The notes under the pieces are model-generated. The model was given only the letters and a program-made list of their open reading frames with translations. It ran no database searches and was not told the DNA's origin. A stretch of DNA of 62,960 bases, the filler included, from Octopus bimaculoides (Eukaryota), in NCBI RefSeq assembly GCF_001194135.2. It is 4 parts of 4 records of this genome, joined end to end, with 100 filler letters (N's around TTAATTAATTAA, not from the genome) between each part and the next. Parts side by side here need not be neighbours in the genome. Positions count along the whole stretch, not along the records: positions 30,511 to 48,666 come from NC_068999.1; positions 48,767 to 59,524 come from NC_068997.1; 2 more parts are not named here. One strand, given 5' to 3'. The translations under genes were made by a program, and so were the position numbers. How positions within the stretch are numbered: the stretch's first letter is position 1; every line of letters begins with the position of its first letter. Below, piece after piece: positions 39,300 through 51,280 of the stretch.

Positions 39300-41099
39300 T
39301 AGATAGAGAGATAGATAGAGAGATGTGCATGCAATATAAATACACGCATGCAAGTTTCTCCAAACACACACACACATACACACACATACACATGTACGCA
39401 CACTCACCCATGCACACACAAACACAACATACACAACATCTATATGTATATATATACATCTATGACAAAAAAACAAACAAACAGAAAGAAGAAATTTGAA
39501 ATTAAGCGACTTACTCACATGATGTTTGCATCAAAGCTAGTCTCTGCGAAATCCGAACTACTGGGTCCATTTCGTAATAACGACAGTATTTTGCCAAATT
39601 TCTATATATTCTTTCATATATTTCACTAATATTTGTGTATATTTTGCGTGTGTGTGTGTGTGTTTACTTCTCTGCCTCTCTCTTTTACATATACATACAT
39701 ACGTGTGTATAAATATATATATGTGTATATATATATATATATATTCAAGACATAATATAAAGAGAGAGAGCGGTAATGTTTTACGTTTATAGATATTTTT
39801 ATTATTTTCATATATTTCAAATATTTTAGGAACTTATTTTTTCCTTTTCAAATTTCCTTCCTAAGTATTTATATATATATATCTTATATGTGTGTATGTG
39901 TGTGTATATACATATATATACATATATCTATATTATATATATTTACATATAAATATAATCATTTTATGTAGATTTTTTTTCATTCATTTAAATTTCGTCT
40001 GTTGATAATTTTTTGCTTTTCGCCCCATTTTTGCGGTTTGTTATTTTTTTTTTTTATTTTATATATATTTTTTTATGTCTTGTTTTGTCTAAAGTTTGTT
40101 TCTTTTTATTAAACTGTTCCCTTTCGGTCCGAACTTTGGTTTCGATTCCTTTTTTATATTTTTTTTTTAATATTTTTTTTTTTGAGTTTGTTTATATTCT
40201 TCTACTTCTCTCTGTTTCCGCTTTAAGTAGAACAATGTGAATTATCCGGGTAGGTGCTTGTCAATATATATGTGTGTGTGTGTGCATGTATGCATATGCA
40301 TGTACACAATAGGTGTGTTTATTTCCTTTACACGAATATTGTGCACCTCAACATATATATATATAATGTATGTGTGTATGTATGTACCTATGTATGTACG
40401 TGTATATGTATGTATAACGAAATCCAGGAAATTGGCAAACAGAGAGAAGTCTTTTGATGAATATCAAAAAATATACTTTTGTGTAGATATATAAATAATA
40501 ATTATCATTATTATTATAATTATAATATCTGGAGTGGATGAAATTCGAAGAAGCACTTTTGTGTCTCTATATATATACACGAACATATATATACATATAT
40601 ATATGTATATTTATGCATATATATATATATATCTACACAAGCATACGGTCACACACACTCACACACACACACACGTACGGGCGAAAACCACGGTTGGAGC
40701 GTCCTTCTATCAACAGGCTCCTTCGTGTATTCCACGCGAAAAACTAAAACCGAAGCCTGCTTCCTCCCCTTCACTTTACTCTCCTCGACCCCCCTCTCTG
40801 TCTGTCTCACTCTCTCTCGCTCTCTCTCTCTTTCTATTGCATTCCCCACTCTCTGCCTCTCCATTGCGCTCCTCCGTCTCTTCCCCCACTGCACTCCTCC
40901 CTCTCTTCGGTCTTATTTTTATTCCTCTTACTTGTGTCTATTTTTCTCTCTCGTTCCGCCTCAGTTTTTTTTTCCATTCTTCTTTTATTCTCTTCTCGAT
41001 GTAATTCTTTATTCCTTTATTCTTTCATTCCCAACCCACCTCGCTCATTCACTCACTCTCTCTTTCTCTCTCTCTCCCTCTCCCTTTTCTCTTCCTTCC

Positions 41100-41142
<43 letters not shown>

Positions 41143-41173
41143 TCTCTTTGAATATGTGTGTATCTGTATACGC

Positions 41174-41228
<55 letters not shown>

Positions 41229-41310
41229 TATGCATATATATGTATCTATATGTGCTTATATACATATGCATAATATATACATCTATATATATATATATAT
41301 NNNNNNNNNN

Positions 41311-41355
<45 letters not shown>

Positions 41356-41837
41356 TGCACATACATATATATGCATAAATAAGAATGTTGTTGATTGTGA
41401 CTTCGAATTTCGGCCATTTAGGCCATCGTCGGACTGCGATGCATTAAAGTAACCTTGTCTTCACGTAGTCTCTGTTGAGTTAAAAATCATCTTTGGGTGT
41501 GCGGTGGGGTTGGGTGGAGTGGTAATTAGGTTTTTGGGTGGGTTGTTAAGGAGAGGCGTTTTGGAGAAATTTTTATTGATTAGATCTGAGGTTATGTTAT
41601 TGTGTAGAATACATTCCTGTCTTGTAGAACTTCGTAGACAAGTGTGTTGGTATTTTGTCTTTTATTTGGTAGGCTCAGAATGTGACATATTTTTGTTATT
41701 CTTCGGTATATTTGGATTTAATCCTTTTGCTTTTAAGAATTTAAAAGTTGAAGGTAAAAAATCTTGTCTTTAAGCCCTTAGTATGTAGGTGTGTCGACTT
41801 CTTTTTCATTAAAGAAAGCAGGCGGGTGGTTACCAGT

Positions 41838-41868
<31 letters not shown>

Positions 41869-42236
41869 AGTGTGTGTGTGCGCGCGCGCGCGTACGTGTG
41901 TGTGTGTTTGTGTGTGGGTGTGGGGTTGGAAGGGTGCTTATCGCTGTTGTAGTTGCCGCTTCAACTCGCCGTATGTGCAGTTATTTGTGCTGATGTTTGT
42001 GCGTGTGTACGTGTGTGTGTGTGTGTGTGCATATGTATAGGCGTGCGTTTATGTGCATGTGTTTTTGAATATGTGTGAGTGAGTGTGCGTACGTCCGTGC
42101 GTGCGTGCGAGTGTGTGCACGCGCGGGCGTGTGTGTGTGTAACATTGTGAAGTGCTGGGCAGCAGTCCTCTCATTTGTGTGTGTCTAAATGGCTGTCTCT
42201 ACATGTGCGTGTGTGTGTGCATGCGATATATCTATC

Positions 42237-42273
<37 letters not shown>

Positions 42274-42800
42274 TTGCTTCTGTGTGTGTGTGTGTGTCTG
42301 TAAATGTACATGAGTGCATCACCAAGTACAGAAAACTATGAGAGTGCAGCTGCAACGAGGCGTGCACGTCTGAGAGCGAACCTATGTCTGTGGGTTTGTA
42401 GAGCGTCTGTCTGGATGTTCACACACACACATACCAATGCATACAAATACATAGACATACACGTACATATATAAGAGTGTGGATGCGCGCGCATGTCTGC
42501 GTGCGTATGCATAGCTGTGCATTGGTTTCTATACGTTTATACGTGTGTGTGCGTGTGTGTTTATTTACATAGGCGAACAGACACCGAATGCTTATACATA
42601 TACATAGGTTGGTGCGTGTGTGTGTGCGTGTGTGTGTGTGTGTGCGTGTGTGTGTGTGTGTGTGTGTACATGTATGCATGTGCATGTGTGCGTATGCATT
42701 CACTTATCAAAAATGAATTTATACGGAAACAGCGCATGTATATACATATATATATATATATATGTAACGTTTCTATGTTTATCAGTGTGTGTGTGTGTGT
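35340..42800. repeat. Multi-kilobase field of perfect and decayed (CA/TG), (TA) and (GA) microsatellites
   Basis: Visible composition; short unique islands are embedded in it. Confidence 0.9.
41380..41830 (-). mobile_element. Possible Penelope-like 3'-end relic with a hammerhead-like motif (41395-41437)
   Basis: Minus strand reads CCGACGA-t-GGCC-taaat-GGCC-GAAA-ttcgaa-GTC. Upstream is a weak peptide FKFLKAKGLNPNI..CL..ECILHNN..LINK reminiscent of a PLE C-terminus. Confidence 0.4.
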
Positions 42801-43168
42801 TTTTTCTTTTATCTTTGACTCGTTTCAATCATTAGACTGTGGCCATTTTTAGCCAAAAAAATTGATCACTTAATTTTTTAAAAGCCTGATACTTATTCTA
42901 CGTTGTTCTTGTCGAACTGCTAAGTTACATGGACGTAAACAAACNNNNNNNNNNNNNNNNNNNNNNNNNNNNNNNNNNNNNNNNNNNNNNNNNNNNNNNN
43001 NNNNNNNNNNNNNNNNNNNNNNNNNNNNNNNNNNNNNNNNNNNNNNNNNNNNNNNNNNNNNNNNNNNNNNNNNNNNNNNNNNNNNNNNNNNNNNNNNNNN
43101 NNNNNNNNNNNNNNNNNNNNNNNNNNNNNNNNNNNNNNNNNNNNNNNNNNNNNNNNNNNNNNNNNNNN

Positions 43169-43205
<37 letters not shown>

Positions 43206-45118
43206 AAGTATTTTAAAGTAGAAAGACAGTTGATCAATGACAGGCGTAAGGAATATATATATAGGAAAAGTTGTATAAACAATTTTTCTGCCGACTTTCC
43301 TGATGAGAATATCGTGACTTTGTTGCATGGAGCTATGGAAATACGTGCTCGTTGATATATTTTTCCTTTTTATGTGTGAAAAGCTACAATACTGACTCAA
43401 TATTGGACATTCTTGCATAGTGTGCATGGTTCTATCAATCAGTTATCGATTATGTGAAACAGCCGTAAAGACAACACTTGATTACACCATGTACTTTCTG
43501 TATTCAGCCTTTTCTATAAATAAATTCCTTCTGCCGCTTATTGTTTGTCTCTCTACTTCTATATCCGCCCGACGTTGTTCATTCTTATAGTTGAACCCTG
43601 CTGAAGAAGTTGTAATTTAAAATTCGGAACTCTCTGATTTCATTGTGCTTTCTACTTTGAGTGGCCTTACTTTACATTTCGTGTCAAAATCGCCAGAAAC
43701 CTTTCAATGTGAAAGAGACCGAGAATGGGTGATCTCAAATTTTGATCAAGCAGGAGGCCAAATTTTATCGGTTCCTTTTTTTAAATCCCTCAGAAATATA
43801 ACTTTTTTTCAGCAGACTTTCGTTCCGTTTATTGAATCTTGTGTAGAAGAAAGAGTCACAAGACCTCTCAAAACTAGAAACCCCTAGTTAGGTATTATCC
43901 TGGCATAGTTCGACAACCAATGAAGATATTCTCGTAATATCAACATATGTAATAATACAAACAACAAAACTACCGTAAATCGGGAAGCCTTTAACCAGTT
44001 CAACCTTACGAGAATGACGGGCAGCTCAGAACAACGACACCACGAGATATAAGGTTCACAGACAACAAGCATACCAAAAATATATTCCTGTCATCATCTG
44101 CCTAAGAGATATCACTAGATTTTCGACACTTATGCAGTACCATTCAATCCAGCAATGTCAACAGTGTTAAAAACCTAAACGCTGTCTGAAAATTAACAAA
44201 CGTGCAGCAGGAGCAAAACATTAGCGTAATATGTCCATTGCATTTACATCTGCTTATTATAACAGTTACAGACATCGATTATAAATAAAACTGTATAAAA
44301 CCTATATCTGCAAAAAGGACATCGCTACCTCAAAATTTATAGAGCAAAACAGAACGAGAGAGCTAAACGTATTGAGCAAAAATTGTCTGAACCATTGATA
44401 CATAACATGAGGAGTAATAATAACCCAAAGAACACAACTGATCGACCGGGAATCGAGACCACGATCTAGCGACCGTCAATGCAACACCCTAGCCACTAAT
44501 CCACGTTCAGTCACAACACCCCCAAGACAATTCCTGTACTTTACAACTGCAACCCAAACACTCTGAGATGCTGTGATATTTGTTCAGTTAAAAGTTTTGG
44601 TAAAATTCCGGGTTATCGCAGAGGCGGAGCAAGTTATTTCCTCGAATTCCCAGGAGAACCTTTTTGCTAGATTCTTGCGTTGCTTTTCTGTCTGTTATTT
44701 ATCAGAAGAGAAGAATGCGAAGACCTTGTGGCACTGTTTCTACGGATGGGTGCCAGTAGAATTAAGGGTGGGGGGCGGGNNNNNNNNNNNNNNNNNNNNN
44801 NNNNNNNNNNNNNNNNNNNNNNNNNNNNNNNNNNNNNNNNNNNNNNNNNNNNNNNNNNNNNNNNNNNNNNNNNNNNNNNNNNNNNNNNNNNNNNNNNNNN
44901 NNNNNNNNNNNNNNNNNNNNNNNNNNNNNNNNNNNNNNNNNNNNNNNNNNNNNNNNNNNNNNNNNNNNNNNNNNNNNNNNNNNNNNNNNNNNNNNNNNNN
45001 NNNNNNNNNNNNNNNNNNNNNNNNNNNNNNNNNNNNNNNNNNNNNNNNNNNNNNNNNNNNNNNNNNNNNNNNNNNNNNNNNNNNNNNNNNNNNNNNNNNN
45101 NNNNNNNNNNNNNNNNNN

Positions 45119-45290
45119 GGTAAAGCGTCGGGGAAAATGCCCTGCGGTATTTGTTTTGGCTCTTTACATTCTGAGTTCATATCCTGCTGAAGACGACTTT
45201 GCCTTTCATCCTTTCGAGATCGATAAAATAAATACCAGTTGAGTGCCCCACCCACGAATTTCAGGCTTTATGGCCTCTGAGATTTGGAGA
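45119..45290 (+). mobile_element. SINE family B
   Basis: TTCTGAGTTCA..GACTTTGCCTTTCATCCTTTCGAGATCGATAAAATAAATACCAG. Confidence 0.75.
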
Positions 45291-45630
45291 GAAGTCTTCT
45301 GAAATCGCAAGAATCTTTCTCTGGATTCTTGCATATTACAGGATGGCACTTTCTGCAGATTAACAATACACGCTTCAATTCCAGTATCTTTCAGTCTTTT
45401 ACGTAGCAGTTTTGGTGTGGTGCCAAATGCACCAATTACTCCAGGAATAATTTTCATCTTTGGTTTCTACAATCTCTTCACCATTTTCGCTTATTCCTGA
45501 TAATTTCTGAATATATTTTTCAATTTTTTTGGTATCAGCTCCATAATCTTACACATAATCTTTTCACTTCCTAAGGAAATCCTATCGATGTTTATACAGA
45601 TCGTTTAATGGGAAACCAACTGGGCAGCCC
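45290..45630 (-). mobile_element. RLE-type non-LTR retrotransposon C-terminal relic (R4/Dong-like)
   Basis: ..WDFP-like segment followed by KIIPGVIGAFGTTPKLLRKRLKDTGIE..LQK, the conserved end of restriction-like-endonuclease LINEs. Confidence 0.65.
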
Positions 45631-45692
45631 TCTACGTGCCCTTTCGATCTGCTAAGGTAAGTGCGAAGCCCCTTTTAAATATCACTCTATAA

Positions 45693-45875
45693 CAGAGGTT
45701 CCCAACTTTTTCACTACTAAGAACCCCTTTTATTTGAATGAGTTTTCCCACGGATCCCAGGATAACGAAAGGTCTGTCAGCTTAACATGTTCACAGACCC
45801 CTAGTACAACCTTTGCGGACCACCAGGGGTCTGCGGACCACCAGGGCTCCGCGGATCACAGGTTAGGAACCACTG
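45693..45875. mobile_element. hAT (Charlie-like) MITE, 183 bp
   Basis: TIRs CAGAGGTTCCCAACTT / AGGTTAGGAACCACTG; 8-bp TSD CTCTATAA / CTCTATTA (7 of 8 match). Confidence 0.88.
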
Positions 45876-47109
45876 CTCTATTATCATAAAAATAAATTAG
45901 CAACACATTGGGTTATGTAATTCCTTGTGGTGTATAATATGAGGAGGTAGCTACGGTTCGAATACTTTCTATTATCGTAGATCTGTCGAACTTGGCTGAC
46001 AGGCAGCTAAACAATAACAGTTTAATAACCAACGAACTCAGAGGTCCCAGGCGCCACTCTTTATATTTCAACGTGATTGTCAGTTTTGGCCATGAAGCTG
46101 CTGCTGCTACTGCTAAGTCAGTTTTCACTGTGTAAACCTGTGTCGAAAGCACGCCACTCGTGACTATCCCATCTTTTCTTAGGTGCCAGCGACGACATTA
46201 TCTAATGTAGGGTATGACTTCATGGAAATTTAGCTGCTATTTCAGTTGGAGTAGGTCGATCGATTCTGCAAAGGCTTCTTCGGTGAATAAAAAAACGAAG
46301 ATGTTTATCGCCGAATAACACAGCTCTCCTTAAATAATATATAATATACAATACGTAACACATATTTATTTCGCTTAGGAAAAACATTGATTAAAAAGAT
46401 CCGAGATAATAGAGTAATTATTCCTAGCAAACAAACGTGAAGAAAAACCACCTAATTTTTTCCTGCTTGGATATGTCGGCTGAGAAAGAGCGATAACATG
46501 AGAAGAGATGAAGGCGATGCGGGTGAAGATGATAATAGTGATGCACCAAGTGACGTGGGCTGGAAATTAGTACCCGAGGGAGGCAACGTCATTCCATTTC
46601 GCAGCCCTGTTTAATATATCAAGTAATTGGCACCGAGCATCAAGAATATAATGGTAATTTGACAAACTGACATGTACAAGAGATGTCTGGCAGTATTGCT
46701 GATGCTTAGAGTTTTCACATCTGATGTTGTGATGGATTGTGTAAGTAATTCAACTGCTACGTTTAAACTAATATGTTTAGGAAAACGATAGCACAGAAGG
46801 CGGGAAAAAAAATAAGACACGAATATGTTGATTTTTGTGGTTGCTGTTGGCAACGTTAAACTGTATTATAAGTTAGTTGGAATGTTGAATGTGTGTGTAT
46901 GTGTGATCGTACATATTCGTGAAGTGTACGCACATACTTCACGGATAATACAGTCATATACACACACCTATATTCACTCTCCTATATACATATTTATGCG
47001 CATGTATGCATGCGTGCATTAATATCGGTTTTTATATACAATGACATATTAACGTTAAACTTGTCCCCGTTCGAAGTCACGGTCAATATTTTTCTGATAT
47101 ACATATATA

Positions 47110-47375
47110 CAAGAACAAGAAATATCAACCAAATACCTAATGGACAAATGAGACAGGGATGCAGGAAAAGCAGCAAAATCTGACAACCGATGCAGACTTT
47201 GTGAAGTTAACACAGAGGATGTCACCCACATCAAAAGCTGTTGTCCGAAAATGTCATCACGGCATTATCTACCGATGAGACACGATGTAGCAAAGACACT
47301 GTATAACGAGATCCGTCGAAAGGAAAACCCCGAGGACAAAGAAATAAGAACCGATAGTATGGTAGAGATTGGAAA
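47110..47375 (+). mobile_element. RLE-type non-LTR retrotransposon zinc-knuckle relic
   Basis: QEQEISTKYL..CRLCEVNTEDVTHIKSCCPKMSSRHYLPMRHDVAKTLY, a CCHC knuckle plus RHD motif. Confidence 0.75.
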
Positions 47376-47793
47376 TAACGGGAAACAATCGTAAGATTTT
47401 GTAATACTGCTTTTCTTTGGATTGTAATATTAGTGCCATATATTTGGTTTTGCACAGAGTATTGTTATAGAGAATGTGTGTTAAAACATAAGTAAATTAG
47501 AAGTTTGTTTTTAAAATAATTTGATTATAAGATGGTAGTCTGATGTTAAGATGTCAGTAAAAGGTGTTTGCTGTTTTGTACATTTAAAAGTATTTTGACA
47601 CTGTTTATAGATTAAAATGCTTTGGGGATTACCTGGATAATATTTTACGTAGGGTATGGGAAGTTTCCATGGGCACTATTTTTTAAAATTTCTTCCATTT
47701 TGGGATTTTCTGGTATCTGAGCTAGGTAGCAATCAGCCCTTTTTGCTATCATTCCTAGGGCACCTATGACAACAGGTATTGTTTAGTCTAGAG

Positions 47794-47880
47794 CAGTAGT
47801 TCCCAACCTGGGGTCCGCGGACCCCTGGTGGTTCCCAGAGTAGTTCGAGATGGGGTCAGTGAACTAAATTCAAAATTTCC
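47794..47880 (+). mobile_element. hAT/Charlie-like left end
   Basis: GTCTAGAG|CAGTAGTTCCCAACCTGGGGTCCGCGGACCCC; the flank matches the NTCTAGAN target preference. The other end is absent. Confidence 0.6.
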
Positions 47881-47955
47881 TATATAACGTTAATATACAT
47901 GTATCTTTAAATCCACAAGTGTTTTTATTCTGTTTCTGTTTATTTTCTATTATTC

Positions 47956-47991
47956 CTTTCTGTTGAAGAGTGTAGGCTCGAAACATAAAAG
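47956..47991 (+). ncRNA. Minimal type I hammerhead-like motif with non-canonical core
   Basis: cttt-CTGTTGA-a-GAG-tgtagg-CTC-GAA-ACAT-A-aaag. Stems I and II pair perfectly; core position 6 is U instead of A. Confidence 0.55.
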
Positions 47992-48079
47992 ACTTTCTCA
48001 CTTTCCATTTATCAGTATGGTCAAATCCTAGCTTTTTACATAACTTCAGTGAATTACTGGGTTGTCATGTCTTGTATTC

Positions 48080-48148
<69 letters not shown>

Positions 48149-48303
48149 TGTGTGTGTGTGTGTGTGGAACACAGTTTTAGATATATTTATGCCGCAAACC
48201 GTTTCCAATTCAATGTTTGTTTACATAACATAAAGCTCTAAACATTAGGTTAGACTGCTTTCCTGCCTCGAAAAGCATTCCTTGACGTGTGCGTATGTGT
48301 ATG

Positions 48304-48360
<57 letters not shown>

Positions 48361-48587
48361 GGAGAGAGCGAATTAGATAGACAGCCACAGATATGTGTAT
48401 ATTTCTGCCTACATATATGTATGTATGTATGTATGTATGTACGTACCTGCATATAAACACTCATGCATATATGCCTATATGCATGTATGTATACACACAA
48501 ATACACATATACTATATACATGCGTATACATTCTCATCTAACTATACGTATATATTATATATTTTATATATATACATTTATATATAT

Positions 48588-48666
<79 letters not shown>

Positions 48667-48766
48667 NNNNNNNNNNNNNNNNNNNNNNNNNNNNNNNNNN
48701 NNNNNNNNNNTTAATTAATTAANNNNNNNNNNNNNNNNNNNNNNNNNNNNNNNNNNNNNNNNNNNN

Positions 48767-48809
<43 letters not shown>

Positions 48810-48824
<15 letters not shown>

Positions 48825-48985
48825 GGTGTGGCTGTGTGGAAATAACTTGGCTCCAAGCACATGGTCCTGGGTTCAGTCCCAGTGTGTAGTAATGTGACAT
48901 GTGTCTTCTTCTATAGCATTAGACTAATCAAAGCCTTGTGAGTGGATTTGGTAGACAGAAACTGAAAGAAACCCATCGTATATAT
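48810..48985 (+). mobile_element. SINE family A, 5' half
   Basis: GTGGCTGTGTGG..GGGTTCAGTCCCA..GCCTTGTGAGTGGATTTGGTAGACAGAAACTGAAAGAAACCC. Confidence 0.8.
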
Positions 48986-49052
48986 ATATGTGTATATATA
49001 CATAAATACACACACACATACATACATATGTACATGTATATGTGCATATATA

Positions 49053-50933
49053 TCTATTATAAAAAGTCAATGTCTTTATGTGTGTTTGTGTGTTCATGTT
49101 ACATATAGACTCGAAAACTAATGAACTTTGGAGCACAAAATCCAAGCCTAGGGAGAAGGATAATGTCGTATGTTTCATACAATTTTGAGGGGACATAAAG
49201 AGGGGCAGAACGCCCCGTGAAACTTCATATACTTCGGATTTTGATGAAATTTTAACCATAGGTATTAGAAATATATCTAAAAATATACCCAAAATTTTCA
49301 TTTCTTTGGATGATTCTAAGAGCCCCTAATCTGGGCTTAAACCCCAAATTTTAGTAATTTTTCATGCACCAAAATTACTGAATGGATCCTTGTGATATTA
49401 GGAACTTAGATTCAATGTATAAGGGCAGGTATACTGCAGTATGTTTGGTTTGCATTTGAAGGGGCTTAAAGGGGGCAGAACCCACCATGAAAATTGACAC
49501 AAATCAAAAAGTTTTCCCAAACTTTTCGCCTCTCATAAAAATTCTAAGACCCCCTAATGGGGGCCTTAACTCCCAAATTTTAGTCATTTTTTTATGATCC
49601 AAAACAAGGTCAAAATTACTGAATGAATCTTTATGAAATTTGGAAATTATATTCTATGCATAAGGATAGTTGTAATGCAGTATATGTTTGAAAGTGAGGG
49701 GCATAAATGAGGCCATAACCTCCCCACCCCCGTGAAAATTCATATATTTTTGCTGTTGATGAAATTTTAACCATAGATATTAGACACAAATAAATATTCC
49801 TAAAATTTCAACTTCTTACGAGTTAGTAAGACCCCTTAATGGAGGCTAACCCCAATAATTTAGTTATTTTTCCTAAGCCAAGGCGAATACAATCGTACTC
49901 TTGGAAGATGTAGAGTCACCCGAGAATACAAGATGAGCGTTATTTGTAATTCAATGGTACAACACAATAAGAGTTTGCTTTGAGATATGCTTAGATTGTG
50001 ATTTCTGCATTGTGGTGCATAAACTGTCAAGTAAAGGAGAGACATGTTTGCCTCCACTGATTCAGTTGCAAAGTGTTATTTTGAGTAAAGTTATTTGGTT
50101 GCAGGCTTCCTTTCAGTCTTTTCATTATCACTGGGTCAGAGATAGACCCCAGATGGTGACATTAATTTCAAGACCTTTCCAGATACGCGATTGGTCATTC
50201 AAAGAGATTTACAGATTGCAAATTTAGTCTGTTCAGTTACCTATCGGCATAGTGATCATTGGCAAACTCCAAAGGTGGCACTTTCATTTCTCCTTAGCCC
50301 TCATGTCACACAGTTATTAATGTTTATTCGAGTTCGGTCACGCCCTTCCAATTTCTATAGATCCATAATGAATCTTACGGGTGTGCTGGTCACTTGTATG
50401 GTGAGAAATCCTACATTGGGGAATAGTAACAGCTAGGATAGCTAACTGTTTATTGCGATCATTCGTCTTTTGGTTTCCTCTATTTTTGCTCTCTTTTACA
50501 CACCCAATGAACATTCATATATTTCCGATTTCAAAGAAATTTGAACAATAGATATGAAGCAAATTAAAAAGGATTCCCAACAATTCAATTGCTCTGGTTG
50601 ATTTTAGACCCCCGCTTTATAGGGGCCTTAACTCCCACATCTTTGAGCTCCATGTGATCCATGTGCTCCATTTTACAGCAGCAAAATCTTTGCATGGGTT
50701 TAATAAGATTTGTATTTTGGAATTTGGGCATAAAGGTATGTAGCATGAGATAAATGTGTCATGATTAGAATTTTTGTTAGGGTGTGTAAAGAGGGAAAGA
50801 ACCCCCATTAAATTTCTTAATCTCCAATTTTGCTAAAATTTGAATCATAAGTATTCCAGTTCATTAGAGAACATATAAAAGAAAAGTCTAATTTTTCAAT
50901 TCCATGTGACACAGACAACGACGGGCATCTCTG

Positions 50934-50937
<4 letters not shown>
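49053..50937 (+). mobile_element. Internally deleted Helitron (family H2) with internal tandem units and a possible Rep N-terminal relic
   Basis: 5' A|TCTATTATAAAAAG..GTGTGTTTGTGTG..CTCGAAAACT; 3' degenerate hairpin ..CAACGACGGG.. then CTAA|T. Repeated AAGACCCCCTAAT-like blocks at 49318, 49546, 49828 and 50606. Weak peptide CDFC..SKGETCLPPL..LTGVLV..NP at 50000-50420. Confidence 0.6.
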
Positions 50938-50972
<35 letters not shown>

Positions 50973-51248
50973 CATGCTGGTCTGCCAATTTACCTACCTT
51001 CGTGGTCGTACAATTATGTATTGTCTCTTAGCTATGCTATTTTATAAAATCACACACACAATACACATACAATTTTATAGTATCTACTATTTGCCAAATC
51101 CCTCTCCATGTGACCAGTCATTTGGGAACTACCAATATTCATTATTTACGAAGAAATTCAAAAATGGAACGTTGAACAGGAAAGGGATTTCACCTCTCTT
51201 GATATATTCTGAAACAATGATCCTCTTTTTTTGTGTGTGTGCATGTGT

Positions 51249-51280
<32 letters not shown>

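Noticed and set aside
33132-42852. His/Thr/Tyr-, Cys/Val/Met- and Leu/Ser-rich ORFs
   Set aside because: Translations of (CA)n, (TG)n, (TA)n and (CT)n repeats.
43280-44100. Non-repetitive stretch with short ORFs and CTGATGA/CTGAAGA motifs
   Set aside because: No recognisable protein motif in any frame, and no stem II plus GAAA to complete a hammerhead.
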